DNA from: Asterionella formosa
Lineage: Eukaryota
Assembly (NCBI GenBank): GCA_002256025.1
Contig: NKIB01009726.1
Coordinates: forward strand, 1 to 64,000
DNA: 64,000 bases
Direction: 5' to 3'
In this document: positions 24,900-38,569 of the stretch, in pieces
How positions within the stretch are numbered: position 1 is the stretch's first letter
Layout: every line of letters starts with the position of its first letter
The notes under the pieces: generated by a model
Told to the model about the DNA's origin: nothing
The model's database searches: none
The model's input: the letters and a program-made list of their open reading frames with translations, nothing else
Program-made: the position numbers and the translations under genes

Positions 24900-26116
24900 T
24901 CCTATATTCTGACAATATATAGAGTGGACCTACACCCCTACTTTGTCCGATGACTGTATGTAAGCATATGGAAAGGGTGTGTATTGGTGAAAGCTCTGTT
25001 GAGCGTTATACATATTTACTTTTATTTGAAAAGTATGTGTTTGATTAGTCTGACTCAATATTATTTTATTAACCCTACCTTGAGCCAGGGGTTCAAATGC
25101 AGAAACCTTAACCATGCATAGCGGTAGTTGCGTACCAGGTAAGAGTACCAGGTACAATCACTTTGAGTCGCTCAGCATACGTACTGGTATTTAGCTGGAC
25201 CTGGTACCAGGTTCAGATGTACCGGTAGTTCTTTTGTCGGCTATATGTACGAGGCAACAAGAACTGTTACCAGGTACTGGTAAGTAGTCCGATTACCTTA
25301 CACGTTTTGTCAGCAGCTGTCGTTTTGCTTATTCTTTGGTGCATCAATTCCGCATCCGTTGAAATTTCGTATTGTTTAGCAATCTCATACAGACATAAGC
25401 ACCAGTACTAACCGTACCTGGGTACCTGGTTTCTTGTACTCTACATCGCAGCACACCATATACCGTACACATACCTGGGTATGTTGGCTTGACGGTCTAC
25501 TTATTATGAAATGTAATGCATCTATATATCTCTGATGCTGGCGTTTTTATTACCGGTATACCGGAATATGTATCGACCGATCCCGGTACCAGGGTAAGTA
25601 CCTTTTACCATGTACCAGGTGCGTAAATGAATAGACATAGACCTCGCCTGCCAAACTCCTTTCCGTAGATTGTCTATTACATGGTACCAGGTACCAGCAA
25701 TTACCAGTACCAGTGCTCTGTAGAACCTGTACATGATAGAAGCACCTGGAACATGGTCTAAAAAAAGAAACAGGGTTCTGTAGTAAGTACCTGTCACATA
25801 GTGTACGACTGAGAGGTCCCATGAGTTTACGCACGGGCCGCGGACGCAGAATTCTCTTTCTGTGGGCAAAATGTGTACCGTACTGTACTCCCTGGTACCT
25901 GGTACCAGTACCACAGATGATGACGGGTTGACGACGTGTTTAGCATGAATTCGCACAGTGTGAGAGTTGTTCCGGAAATGAAGCAATTTCGCTGATTGGT
26001 CTATTGTGGTGATGCACAGCACTGCCAGTACCGGAACAGCTAAACAACGAATTTGCTGATGTGCTCACACTAGTGCCCATAATTTTCTGACCTCGCAAAA
26101 AACCAATACCGTCACT

Positions 26117-26803
26117 ATGACGCTTTCCTCTTTATTGCACAACGACGGCCCAATGTTGACCATCACTAGTCAACGAGACACCGTTGAGAGTAACATGACC
26201 TATGGCTGGTCTGATATTCCGCTTTTCGCATGCAACGACGAGCTGATATCAACGCTGCCTACAAAGCCGAATAGCGACATCGCCAACAAGCCCTTGGAAC
26301 TGACGACGACATCTCTCTACACATCGCAATCAACACCGGATTTCTCATCATCATCTATGCTTTCGTACACCGCACCTATGTTCGACGCATATATACCGCA
26401 ACCGTCGCCAATATCGCCTGTGGTGTCACGGTCACACACTCAAGGAAGACCTGCACGTGCACAACACTGCAGGAAGAATGTATCCTTCTCGCGTTTTCTT
26501 GAGATTCGTGAGCACTCTGTGACTGTTGGGGATCACCCGTGCTGCGAAGCCCTGCCGCTTTCCTTGGCCTGGGAACACGCAGCTGCAAATCAGGTTTCAC
26601 TTGAGGAGTTTGAGTCCCAACGCGTTGGGCAACGACGACCGGCACGTCTGTTACGATTATCGTACTTGGAACGCAAGAATATTTTAAGAAGGATTGCTGG
26701 TTTCACTGAAGCAGACTTGACCAACGCTCATACCGAATCGCGCCGTGAATTCACGCTTCATCACGTCTCGAAAACTTTCTCGCTTGGAGAGTTTGTCCTC
26801 TAA
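26117..26803 (+). CDS. Hypothetical protein of a diatom-type family (VxF..IRE..GDHP.C..PLSL.W motif)
   Basis: 228-aa ORF with a Ser/Pro-rich N-terminus, then VSFSRFLEIREHSVTVGDHPCCEALPLSLAWEH and LSYLERKNIL. Confidence 0.8.
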   Translation: MTLSSLLHNDGPMLTITSQRDTVESNMTYGWSDIPLFACNDELISTLPTKPNSDIANKPLELTTTSLYTSQSTPDFSSSSMLSYTAPMFDAYIPQPSPISPVVSRSHTQGRPARAQHCRKNVSFSRFLEIREHSVTVGDHPCCEALPLSLAWEHAAANQVSLEEFESQRVGQRRPARLLRLSYLERKNILRRIAGFTEADLTNAHTESRREFTLHHVSKTFSLGEFVL

Positions 26804-27730
26804 GTTTAACAAAAGTGTGGACTCCTTTTAGCATCCTGTAGTATTCGACATAACGTTGTGTTTAAAACAGTTTTTAACCTTGTAATTTATTGCTATCTTC
26901 GTTAGTGTTGGGAGCTTGGAGAGTCGTGATCGGCAATCGCCATGTTAATCGTGATGGCTCTCTTCGGGACGAACAGCTAAGTAACCCCAACAAAGCGAAC
27001 TGTTGAGCACCGGTACCAGGTACTGCCTATACGGGTGCTTGATGGTCATTGCTACGGATGGTGGTCATACAACCTGTATTATGCAAATAGTCATATGTAT
27101 GTATAGACGACATTTACCATGAGTGATACATAAATATGCCGGTGCGCCGCGTATGCAAAAAAAATTGATGGGTTTGTTCCCTGTGGTGTCACACGATGCG
27201 GACACAATAAATGATGGGTTCCTTTTGGGTGTAGTTCCCTTTAGTATTTTGATTTAAAAATTAAGTCGAGATTTGGTATTCTAACCATTTCGTTATAATT
27301 CTATGCACTTTTTGTAATTATTGACCTACATAAGTATAGATAGGTTCGTTTATCTGCGAGGAAGTAAACTACAACGACAAAGAGAGAGAGGAGATCCTAA
27401 ATAATACTGAACCAACTAAAGGTAATACTAAAATTAAAAATGTTTCTCTACACAAAAGTCAATGGAAAACTTCTGCCTGCAAAGGTGTCGAAAATGACAA
27501 GGACAGCCTACATGCAGCTTCAAACATATGTATTGGCAGTCAGCAGCAAGTGTACTCGATCATAGACTATCGCATATGTACATTTACAGCTCCGGCATCG
27601 TCGCAACAAACTGCAATTTCGAGCGTTCAAGGAACATTGGTTGCATCGTCTTGATGATGACGTTTATAGGTGGAATTTTTGCCAGCATCGTGCATGTCCG
27701 GAAGATGGCTAGTGCGGTGAGACTCATGTC

Positions 27731-28801
27731 TCAAATGTCCAAAGGTCTGGGAACAACAGGTCTGGTATAAATGAAAAGATCTCCTGTAGAGTCTTCAACG
27801 ATTCGAAAATCATCATCGACATATTTGACAATTACACTACATTGAGCAGGTCGACCCTTATTCCAAGGCAGCAATTTCCAAATGGCACCAACAGGAACCT
27901 TGATGCTCCAAATCCATTCTCCCAAACCGTTCAGGCCTTTCACCGGTCGGCTTGTCGTGTAGTCAACCTCCATCGTCAAGAGGCCAGCGTCAGAGAGGTC
28001 CAAGCATTTTGATGCAGTAACGACGCATCCACCAAACGTGGGTAGAAGTTTGAACCACCCCAAAATGGGAATAACGGTCAAACTAAAAATAGAAGTGTCG
28101 AACTCGCTGTAAAGATAGCCTGATTCTGGGTCAATCCGTTGAGCAACTCTCCCGACTTTCGAAGCTCCCCAAGAACAAGTCTGCAATTCATGGAGTTTGA
28201 AGAAAAGAGTTGCCTTGTCTTCACCAAAAGCCTCTGGGAGAAGAGTGGATATTTGAAATGGTGAAGGCGAGTAGAAGTGTTTTATGAATAATACCATGGT
28301 ACCAGTAAGTATTCATTACAGAGGTTCAAAACCATGAAAGATGATCGAACATAATTTCAGTTACTAACCTTTTTCTTCGGCGTACTGAAATGCCTCCTGA
28401 ACTGCGAGGAAGAACGGACTCGATCGAAAGATCCCGTGCGGGACAGTGGAAAGTATTAGCTCCCACTCACCGGCCATCTCCCCGAGGGTTTTGGGCGCAT
28501 TATCCGGAAACTGTTCGAGCAGAGTGAGAACTTTATTTTTTGCCACTTCCATAGTTTCTTTGTAGTATTCACCAGAAGTAGGGTTGTATGACTGGCCTCG
28601 ATCCAACGCGGCGCCCAGCTGAAGAATCTGGGCCTTCAAAACAGCCAATGAAGTTGTCGGTTCATTGGGGGCAGTAAACCATGCCGACGTGGCGGTGGTT
28701 ACAGAGGCGCTAGTCTTCTGATGGACCCATGCAGACGTGGGTGTCAGGAGCAACGAAAAGAGAAGGACGAGGTGTTCCATGATGCATTTCTTGCCGCTCA
28801 T
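27731..28801 (-). CDS. Plastid-targeted PAP/fibrillin-like protein; exons 28801-28369, 28233-27731
   Basis: Signal LLLTPTSA-W. LKAQILQLGAALDRG and GEWELI at the N-terminus, and YVDDDFRIVEDSTGDLFIYTR at the C-terminus, are fibrillin-like. A phase-1 GT-AG intron joins the two ORFs. Confidence 0.75.
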
Positions 28802-29749
28802 TGCAGTTCAGCCATTTTATGAAGGAGCACGGTGTCATTGTTGAGTTTCCATTATCGTACAGACGGACAGTCGGAGGAGGGTACTGCTGGTTGCATCAAA
28901 ATAATAAATATAGTAGCCCCACGTAGAACTAGTACGCAATATTATCCTTATCTCTATAGGTTTGAGGAATATCACACCAATTTGTTTGCTTTGACCACCT
29001 CACCATATTGCTCAATATCGCTGCTGTTACTTGTGCAAAAGTGATTCTTTTATAGATTCTTTCGTCTAGTCATGAGTGGAATGCTTTTGGGGAATCACTT
29101 TTCACATGATATTCAAAAAGTTGTAGCAATGTCAGTTATGGCTGCCATCAGCGACCCTGCCAACATTCATGGTGTTTGGTTGCCAGTCAATCAATTCAGG
29201 GAATATGTACATGAAAGTACTCTCTTGGCGATATTATTAACTTAAATACTAATAGATTGATAAGGTATCTCAATAAGGTGTTTACAAATCTATCTTTGAA
29301 AGCAAATTAGGTCGAAATTTCTACAGGCAAGAAGGTGATTGTCTGCAAAGAATAGAAAACATCTAATTCGTGAGATGCATCTTAGCTACAATGGAGATCA
29401 TATGATCATATAAATTCGATTTATCATCTAATATGAATAATATTTATCGTCATAAATAATATTGTCTGTATATATATATTGACACATGTATTTTTGCATG
29501 TATACCATCACTGGCTGCAAACATCAACAACCGGTCAATCTGAATTTGAATCATTAGTGTTGCATGAGTAGGACAGTCGTACATGGGTGTATGTACATAT
29601 CTGCTGAAGCAATCTATAGTTTAGAAGACATGATAGATATGCATATATGGATATGCATGTGCCAGTCTACTGTTGTGTGAGTACGGGTACCAGGTACTAC
29701 TGTCTATTGTATCATCTATTGTATATGTTTCACAGATATTTTTGTATGT

Positions 29750-30290
29750 AAACATACTATGTATACTATTGATTTGAATTTTAATCATGCCAATCATCGG
29801 GATAACTACCGGTATATATGTAGCACACATATTTTTGCATTTAAACGTACACACCAGTATACGATTGATTTGAATTTAAACATGTCCATCATAGTGATAC
29901 CTATATACCGGTATGTTGCACAGATATTTGTATGTAAACGTACTACGTGTACGATTGATTTGAATTTGAATCATGCCCATGATAGGGATAGGATTAGGTA
30001 GTGACTTTGGTATATCTAAAGGTGATTGAGGGTACGCAATATCACATAGTCGTACAACAATGTGGCATTGCTATCTGTTGGTGATGAAGGGGACGCAATA
30101 ACACTTTCTCGGACAAACAAGGTGACATTAGTATCTATTGTCACCTCGTACTCAGGCTACAACGACACGTTCATTTACAGACAAGGTGACGACATTGGTA
30201 TCTATTGGTGACGGAGGGGACGCCATAACACGTTGTTCTCGTACAAACAAGGAGACATTGATATCTATTGTCACCTCGTACTGAGGTTGA
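29750..30290. repeat. Two adjacent diverged tandem-repeat arrays
   Basis: ATTGATTTGAATTT.AA.CATG occurs three times at 90-97 nt spacing (29768, 29864, 29954). About 60-nt units TATCT.TTGGTGA..GAGGGGACGC.ATAACAC...CAAACAAGG.GACATT follow at 30010-30290. Confidence 0.75.
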
Positions 30291-33200
30291 AAGTACTAAG
30301 AAGATTGTTATCTGTGATCTTATTTATTGGCAATCATTTCTAACCAAAGTATGATATGCAATTTTTTAGTAGAAAGATATATTCATGTTAAAAGTAAGAT
30401 CAAAAAAGCTAAAATCTGTTATCTGCTAAAATCTGTTATCTGTGATCTTATTTATTGGCAATCATTTCTAACCAGGAGGTATGATCTGTATTTCATAAAG
30501 ATTGATTCGAGCGATTCATCTACCGGTAAATATTTTATGATTTGTACCATATGAAAAATTTCGTATGACTCCCGCTAATTGAGGGGCTTAATTAAATTAC
30601 TTAGTACTTGTAGGTACAAGAATGGATGCGGAAATAATCAAAAACAGTACATCAGGTCGTGGAAAACAATGATATCCTCATGCATTGTATATATTTGAAT
30701 TATGTATAACCTTAATTGATGATAGTATACACATTATGTGCATATATTTTTTTGTTTTCATAATTTTGTAAATATATACATAGCCTTTATATACATTTGA
30801 AATCATGTTTAGAGGTTCCTTGTTATGCATACCGGTAACACATGATCCTGAAATGAAAGATCATCTCTGCACTATGACAAGGAAAACTGAAAGAACGACG
30901 CTTCAACGCACCCAATGATGATAAACCTTGAACCTATTTTTAACAGCTATTTCGATTAGAGTTACCATCATATAAGGCGGGATAGGCATATGAGAAAAGA
31001 ATATACATCATAGGATAATGTTTTGATAATTATATGGTGGTTTGATTATTACGAGTAAGCTTAGCTTGTTCACTTTCATAGTATGCATTTATCATACATG
31101 TAACGAAATATGTATCATGCACAGAAAAATTCTGTGCCAGTTACTATCGTATGAAACCCCTGATCTTATAAGTATAATTTTTTAAATTTGCAGACGATGG
31201 TATTTCGACATGAGTATTAAACAAAGGAAAAAATTAGGCAATGAATTGTTTATATTACAGGAAAGACGCATCTACGGTTCATAAGCTTCCTGCATATGTA
31301 TATTTCTTAATTGGAAGACAAATGTTTTCCATTGAAGAGGCTGCTAAGAAGTGGAAATCGGGTTCATGGTCTGCCTCCATTACACTTTTTGTACAAAAGT
31401 GTCTGAATATGCACAATGAGCTAGTACAGGGAATGCGTGATTGATTTTTCTGACTCAATATCTAGCAAATCAATCAATATTTATATCGATTTTCTATGTA
31501 AGTTTGTCATGTCTATTTCTGTTTGGATTTCATGATAACAGATTGATCGTTGCTTAATGGACACAGTGACTCCTCAATATAAACACGAAGATAAATAGGA
31601 AGAATATATTTCACACTAACAAGCTAACAATATATACAATAAACATAGATAAATAGCGGCATTAGCAAGCACACCAGCATGTATGACTAAAATTGGTTCT
31701 ATGTTGATTTTATAGAATATTGCTAATGTAATGGTTACAATTCACATTGAACAAACAGGTTGCTGCGGTTTTAAGAACGGTGCCTCAACTTTGTTCATGC
31801 GCCGATTTTTGAGCAAGCAAGCAAGAGCAATTAAAAATTTGAGTGGTATCATTGGAAAATTGTGTTTGATTGTTTTCGTCTGCTTCGCAAACCCACCATC
31901 ACCAGTCAATGTTACGAATTACAAATACATATACTTATGATGACCTAAATATGTATATGATGGGACTCAATATCTCCACGTTCATCAACAATTAATCATT
32001 CCTATTTCGCAGATATATCTACCCTATCATAGACGAGGTAGTAATCGTTCTTTTTTTGTTCTGAATTTCATTTATGTACCAGGTGAAACTTCATGATCTG
32101 TAGCATATTCCTATGGAATCTTGATTACTAGGTCATTTCAAAGTTACATCTATAGTACATACATATAGACATGGAAGAATATGCTGCTTGTTCTGGAAGC
32201 GACTAAATATTTCGACGCTAAAATTTAAACACTAATTGACTGACGGTTTGTGCATTTTCAGACACTTTTGTGCAAAATTTGTATTCTTTCTCAGTTTCAT
32301 GATGGTCGAAAATTTTGTGATATTCATGTGATATCATCTAGTGATATTAGTAATTCACCCCGACAATTGGAGAAAGAAGGTGGGGAATGTTAGGTTAAAT
32401 TAACTGCCCCTGAGGGTCATTTTAGTTTATTCCGCACCTAAAATTCAGGAAATGATTGAGAATATTTTCTCGTCATACAGACACATGTTGGTACAAGGCT
32501 ACAGACAAGGTTAAACTCCCTTTTTAGTTCTTGGAATTTTAGGTGCATTGAAAACCTAATAATGACTCGCTGCATTCAGTACTTTTGAACAGAGTAAAAT
32601 GGTTGACGGATTCTTATGGTGCATTCTATAGATTGAGATCGGAACATGATGCATTGAATCTAGCAGGTACCCTGATACCACCATTTTTCTGCCTGATCTA
32701 TACTCCATACTTACCTGGTAGCAGGTACGACCAGTACCAGTACTCCGGTACCAGGGACATCCGGAAAACTTGCTTAAATTCGTTTTAACAGCAATAACTT
32801 TGGAGGGTTAAATATTTTTTGGTAATAAGTCAGAAATTAATATATATATATTGAGAGCGCGTCGTGCAAGGGCTGGCACGCTTCCGTGGAGGCTTGGCTT
32901 TTGCTTGTGACCCTTGCTGCTTAAGTTGAAAGTAAATAAGCATTTTGTGCTTAAGTTAAAAGTAAATATGCGTTTGGTGCTAAAGGCCAGTGCTAACCGT
33001 GGACAAAAATGCCAAGCAAAAAGTGTTTCGGTTTCCTCTGTAACCCTAAAATGAGATGCTAACGGGAGTGAAAATCCCAACTCAAACACGTTGTTTGGTA
33101 GGAGATTCCGTTCCTAATATGTGCATCCCAATAAGTTTGACCTAAATGCATTATTACTTTGTTGTTTATGTTACTTTTTTCAAAAGTTACCTACACGTAG

Positions 33201-33366
33201 CCAGGATTCCGTGTTGACTACTTAGAATCTAGCAACAAGCACGAAACCAATTAATCTGGCTGCTCATCTTCGAGTCAGTAAATATTGCGTACGTGTATGA
33301 ATTTACCGGTATATACCCTAGACACTGACCCTTGTAACAGTAAAGGTATACCGGCACATCCAACGC

Positions 33367-34729
33367 GCGTAATACGTGAAGTGACCTTCACGTAAATATG
33401 CCTAGACAATTTTGAATGGATCACATGAATTAATTGAATACTTCGAAATGCTTACTTGAATATATCTATACATTTTCTGATTACATCATGTTAATTATTT
33501 GATCAGAGATCATGCATGCATTCCTGATCATCATTATATTACGTGATCGCCTTCACATAATTATTTGAAATGATACTTCTATTAATTCTGTAATTTATTT
33601 GACAATGCCTTATAATTTTGTTCACATAATGTATTAAATTTGTTTACGTATATTACGTGATAACCTTCATGTAATTATTTGAAATACTTCAATTAATTCT
33701 GTAATTTAGTTCACATTGCCTTATATTTTTGTTCACGTAATTCATTCACAATGGAAAATTATTCACTCTTGAACAGGCATCATTGTATGAAGTTTCAACA
33801 TGAATGCATCACACACTAGCTTCCTTCTTGTCCTTGAAATGACTTCTTCATTGACCTTCAAAGATTTACATCACAAGAGTGTGTCAGTAATTCATATGAT
33901 AGAACTAAGAACAACAGAAAGCAACAAACAGATGTGGTAGTATTCAACTGTTTCTCGGGGCAGTCGAATTGAAACAACAAACCGGCATCAGCCAGACAGC
34001 ACCACAACTCACTGATGCGTTCAAAAGAACGATAATGTTGTGAAAGGGACGGCAAAAAATGTCAAATAAATGTAGACAACAATAACAGAACCATGTGATT
34101 TATCGTTCGCTTTGCTGATACAATGACAAAAACTGAAGATTGAGCTTACCTTAAAGGCCTCCATTGCGGGTCTCTAGCATATTGTATCATTTCATCTATC
34201 ACTCATGCTTTCCAAAGAACACTCCTTTTTTGAAAAGGCCTGTTCAATGTCAAATGAATTTTGAAAACAACAGCATATCAGTATGAGTTATCCTTCGCTT
34301 GGTGATATAATAGCAAAAATAGTATGGAAATAAATCTTACCTTAAAAGCATCCATTGCTTACGATCTCAATGTTGCATCATTCCACCTTCTGTTGTTCCA
34401 ACAAACAATATGTGAGTTCTTGGCTGATGAAGGATTTGTTAACGGTGAGGCGCTGAAAAGCTAGAAGGGGGATGCTGGTTTTAAGGGTCGTCCCCGTGTT
34501 GAAAACATATTGTATTTGCACAGTGGTGGTTAAATGTTGCTTTTCTTTATGAATTCAGAGGGTCAAAAATCCTGGCGCAGCCATGACTTCATCTTTGTAC
34601 CAAAAGAACCTACAATCTACAAGAAAAAAACCTGGCGCAGACTTACTTCGTCGGGAAAAATTCTGATGCTACAAGTGTGACCTAAAACAAATATGATAAG
34701 AAGGAGAGGACACAGCCAATGGTTACTCT
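33367..34729 (-). repeat. Dispersed repeat family, copy B (inverted relative to 1111-2585)
   Basis: Collinear reverse-complement match to copy A. It lacks about 220 nt of A (about 2101-2321) and has an internal duplication of about 115 nt (33537-33743). Confidence 0.9.
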
Positions 34730-36482
34730 TAATATATTCACAGTGCGAACGCCGTAGTCTATTGTAGTAAGGGGAATATAGGAATGCTGATAGGGCAAAC
34801 CTTCAGTTCAACAGTACGCACGTATAAATGAGTACAGTTTTACAGTACAAACGGCATAATTCCTATTGTAACAAGAAGGGAAAGAAGACGGAAATACTGG
34901 TAGGGCAAACCTACAGTCTCACACTTGTAACAATGACCTGGTTCTATTTGTTTGTATGTCTGAGTGCAGCGTCAAAGACCCAAGGTACCGGGTACCTGGT
35001 AGCTAGTATGTATCATAGCCTTGTGTAGGCCTTGTATACCGGTACCTGGTCCCAGGTACCTTTTCATTAGCTGAGGTCAACGCACTCAGCACCACGATGC
35101 CATTCCAGACATATTCACAATACAGGTATGTGATCCATATATTTTGTATCTTCAGAATTCATACGAAATATAATTTATGTAAAAGAATAAGAGAGTTCAT
35201 ATTGGATGCTGGCAATATAAAAGAATAAGAGAATTTATGCTTTGCTCATGCACCCAGTTGCTGACAACCACATCGCTTCGATTTTCTCTATCAATTCATG
35301 CCCGATAGCACTCCGAAGATTTGCTGTCGATAACACACACTAATTCGAATAGATATTTAGTTTAGCATTTCAAATTCAATATTAAATGATTCATTCCATA
35401 CTACCTGTTTTGTGCTCATTAGGGCTGGCTGTTGCTAGCATCACAAATCATGTCGCGATATTTCTCGAGATCCATTTCGCTCCGTTTTTCTCAATCAATT
35501 AAGGGCAGATCATTGCAATCATAAAATTTGTAGGAATGTTGTCTTTCGCAATGATTTATCCTCTAAAAATTTATCTTGACCTTTTAAAATATTTATTTGT
35601 AACATCAACTAGTCCAGCCTTGGAAATAACCGTATAATTTTGAACCATCACATGAAACCACGACAAGTAATCTTGTTCAGTATAATAGTAAATATTATTT
35701 ATGTGAAGTGCACAACCATAAACTGCTGTAGCATGAATAAACACACCACAAATATCCTTAGTAGCTATTCACAAAGGAAGATGCATGTCGTAAATGAATT
35801 AGCCTCAAGAGCAGGACTTACTTGAACTTTGAAATGAATTATTTGAAACATCAACTAATTCAGTCTCGAGTTCAAAGTTTTTGTGAAATCTTCACATGAA
35901 CCCGTTAAAAGTAACCTTTTCTACGGGAAGAGTAGTAGCATTAATTCATGTGAAGTACCACATAATTAACACTCCTACGTAGAGCAAATTTCGAAAAGTG
36001 GCGTATTTCGCGACTTTGATGTAGCCTACCGGCACAAGTCATCATTCATTGTCATTATGTCAGCAACAAATACAACAAATCGCTGACAATTTGATGACAG
36101 TGATCATGACATCTTTCCCTCATTTGTTATTGTATACTAGTCAAACACAGAGAATCGAATAGTCGCTAGCGTATTGTAAACGATTTTAATTTGTAGCTAC
36201 TAAATTTGTTTAGTTTAGATATAATAGAAACAGTAGCTAAAATCGAAAACCCACAAGTAGGCTCAACAATAATGACGATATATCGATGCCTAGTTGTCGC
36301 ATTGAAATGCGTCTTATTTGTACATATGCGCCGTTCCACAATGCTCCATTGTCTACAAGGGATCAGGCCCAAAACAAAAATTGATTGTACAATATGGACA
36401 AATAAACCCAGTTGTGTCTTTTTCTTTAGGCCCAGCAAGTGCTATTATTGGATGGCTTTAATGTACTATTAAATTTAAATGA

Positions 36483-36815
36483 AGGGAATGGCTTATGGCA
36501 GTTGATTGAGCACGTTGCCTTTGATCTGAGGTTGTGAGGTTTGAGTCCACCCCGAATTTTTTTTGAGAAGCAATTGTTGGGTTCGACTCCCACACTCTTA
36601 CTGTCCCGCACAATCTTGCCTGGTGTACAGGAAATAGTGGATTTGCCCCCCTACAAGCAGCTTGTGCCACCTTCCTACTGGTAGGCGGTTGGAGCTTCCC
36701 CTAACGCTGTGGCTCAGATGATCACCTTTCGCAAAAATAGGTTGGGGACTAATATATGCTAACAAAACTAGGGAAGTATAGGTCATGTTGGCAGGGAGCA
36801 CAATGAATTCATGCA
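36483..36815 (+). mobile_element. tRNA-derived SINE-like element, copy 1
   Basis: Degenerate tRNA head (GGGAATGGC...GGTTTGAGTCC), T-run, then AGAAGCAATTGTTGGGTTCGACTCC. The body is homologous to 61688-62015. Confidence 0.7.
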
Positions 36816-37485
36816 TAGAAAAAAGGGGAGTAGGAATGTTTACAAAATTTAATTGAAAATTTTTCAATCTATTTAGTCATCTTGTACTCACTATCATTTA
36901 GGCAAAATCTATGCTCATTTGACATTTGACTACCAGTATGTCCATACCTGTGCTAGATCAGCAGTGAAATCTGTACCATATCAAGAAGTAGTTGGTGTGA
37001 GGGTGCCCTGAACTTTGCTGACAAAATTGTGTTTTGCATACTAATATTTGACCATTACATGCAGTTAGTAAATGATGGGACATGTGACAATGTATCCTAT
37101 TCATTATGAGTTGACTGAATTGCAGGGTTCATCAAGAGATCTCTGTACGCCTGATCTGAACCAGGGAAATCAAAGGAAAATATCCATCAGTTTTGCCTTT
37201 AGCCCTCATTCAAACAGAGATATATTCAGTTGCATGACGTCAGATTGGCCACTTTGCAATGCACCGATGTGCTCATCTATGATAATGCAGAAGTAAAACC
37301 TGGAGTATGGTACTCATCTTCTTCCGATAGATTGTTACAAAAAGTGCTACATATTAACTCAAATAGACAGCGTGCTAAACAAATACGTAGATGATAAAAA
37401 GGCTCTAAACTACCTGTATTGATTGTGTAAATGTGCATAATATACATGAGATGTCAGGTCCAGCACTTGTCGTTTGGAATACAAG

Positions 37486-38220
37486 TTAAGCCGCCCCTGC
37501 TAACTGTGGCGAGTCCAAGAACATTATGTTCATCAAAAAGCCATGGACATCCGCCCCGTCAACAATCTGAGAGGCTCCTGATGTCAGGATATCCTTCAGA
37601 TTCTTGAAGCACTTGTCTGCATCATCATATTCAATGAGTTCGTGGTGGATCTGGCCTCTGTTATTTAGAAGGGCCAAATGGAGATAAGTGGTTTCGAATG
37701 CAGCGCCATGACGAATTAGCGAATACGACATCTCATACAATCTGAGCGCTTTCGGCAGCAGCGATATTAATCCATACCGCATCCCGCGCCAGTGATGGAC
37801 TAGCGCTAGGTTGAACATAATAACTGACGACTCCCGATGGCAAAATTCGTGCAGCAAAGGGTTTACACAACATTCTGTTGAAAGAAGCAGCGCTTGACCG
37901 TATACGAAGGATCCAATCTGGTCAGCTACTAAAGAGTTCGAAATAGGCACTCTCGTGATTGAATTCAGCCTTGGCTCTGTGTTTGTATTTGCTTCTATGT
38001 CGTTCAGATTCAATCCTTTGAACAATGGATGGCCCATGAAGAACTCCACCGGATCAAGATTCTCATATTCAACGCCTTCCTCAGCCTCTTGCTTCACATT
38101 CAGTAGGTGAGTTGTTCGTTGGAGAGCCTCTTTGAATGCCATTCTTGCGCTCTCATGATCTCCTGACTGAAGATGCTGCACACCTCTGTTATTAAGATCA
38201 ACTACTGTATGTATCATCAT
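37486..38220 (-). CDS. TPR-like protein of a diatom-type expanded family
   Basis: LNNRGVQHLQSG..A...FKEAL; VIMFNLALVHH; ALLNNRGQIH; C-terminal AGAA. Confidence 0.82.
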   Translation of the reverse strand: MMIHTVVDLNNRGVQHLQSGDHESARMAFKEALQRTTHLLNVKQEAEEGVEYENLDPVEFFMGHPLFKGLNLNDIEANTNTEPRLNSITRVPISNSLVADQIGSFVYGQALLLSTECCVNPLLHEFCHRESSVIMFNLALVHHWRGMRYGLISLLPKALRLYEMSYSLIRHGAAFETTYLHLALLNNRGQIHHELIEYDDADKCFKNLKDILTSGASQIVDGADVHGFLMNIMFLDSPQLAGAA

Positions 38221-38569
38221 GTTGCCAAACAAGAAGGAGGATGAACGTAGCTAAGGGGCTGCTTCGTAGCGAATCAAGGCCTTCCTTGTTCCTTCTGGAA
38301 GCTAGATGAAATACAATCAAACTGCAATGGTATTATTCTTGAGATGACGGACAAGATGGATGAAGAGTCGTTGCTATCGTCGACTGCAGTGTTCTAGTGC
38401 GGATTTTTCATGGTTGTTATTAGCCCTTGTAAATACACTACCATACCGTATCAACGGGTAGCTGAGCAAATAGACAGAGTAACGGCAGGCAATACCGTGT
38501 AATAATCATAATAGTACCAGGTACGACACCGGAATTACGATTGGTCTCCTTTCGATTGGTCTCCTCTAT

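Noticed and set aside
25522..26022. 166-aa minus-strand ORF and other short ORFs rich in VPGT/YQVP/WY
   Set aside because: These are translations of the GGTACCW arrays, not plausible proteins.
13497..28801. Functional cluster of plastid genes (VTE4, YafJ-like, parvulin, fibrillin-like)
   Set aside because: They are interspersed with unrelated genes, and plastid-targeted genes are common in diatoms, so there is no evidence beyond chance.
29750..30290. CRISPR-like array
   Set aside because: Eukaryotic context, no cas genes, degenerate repeats, and spacers similar to each other.
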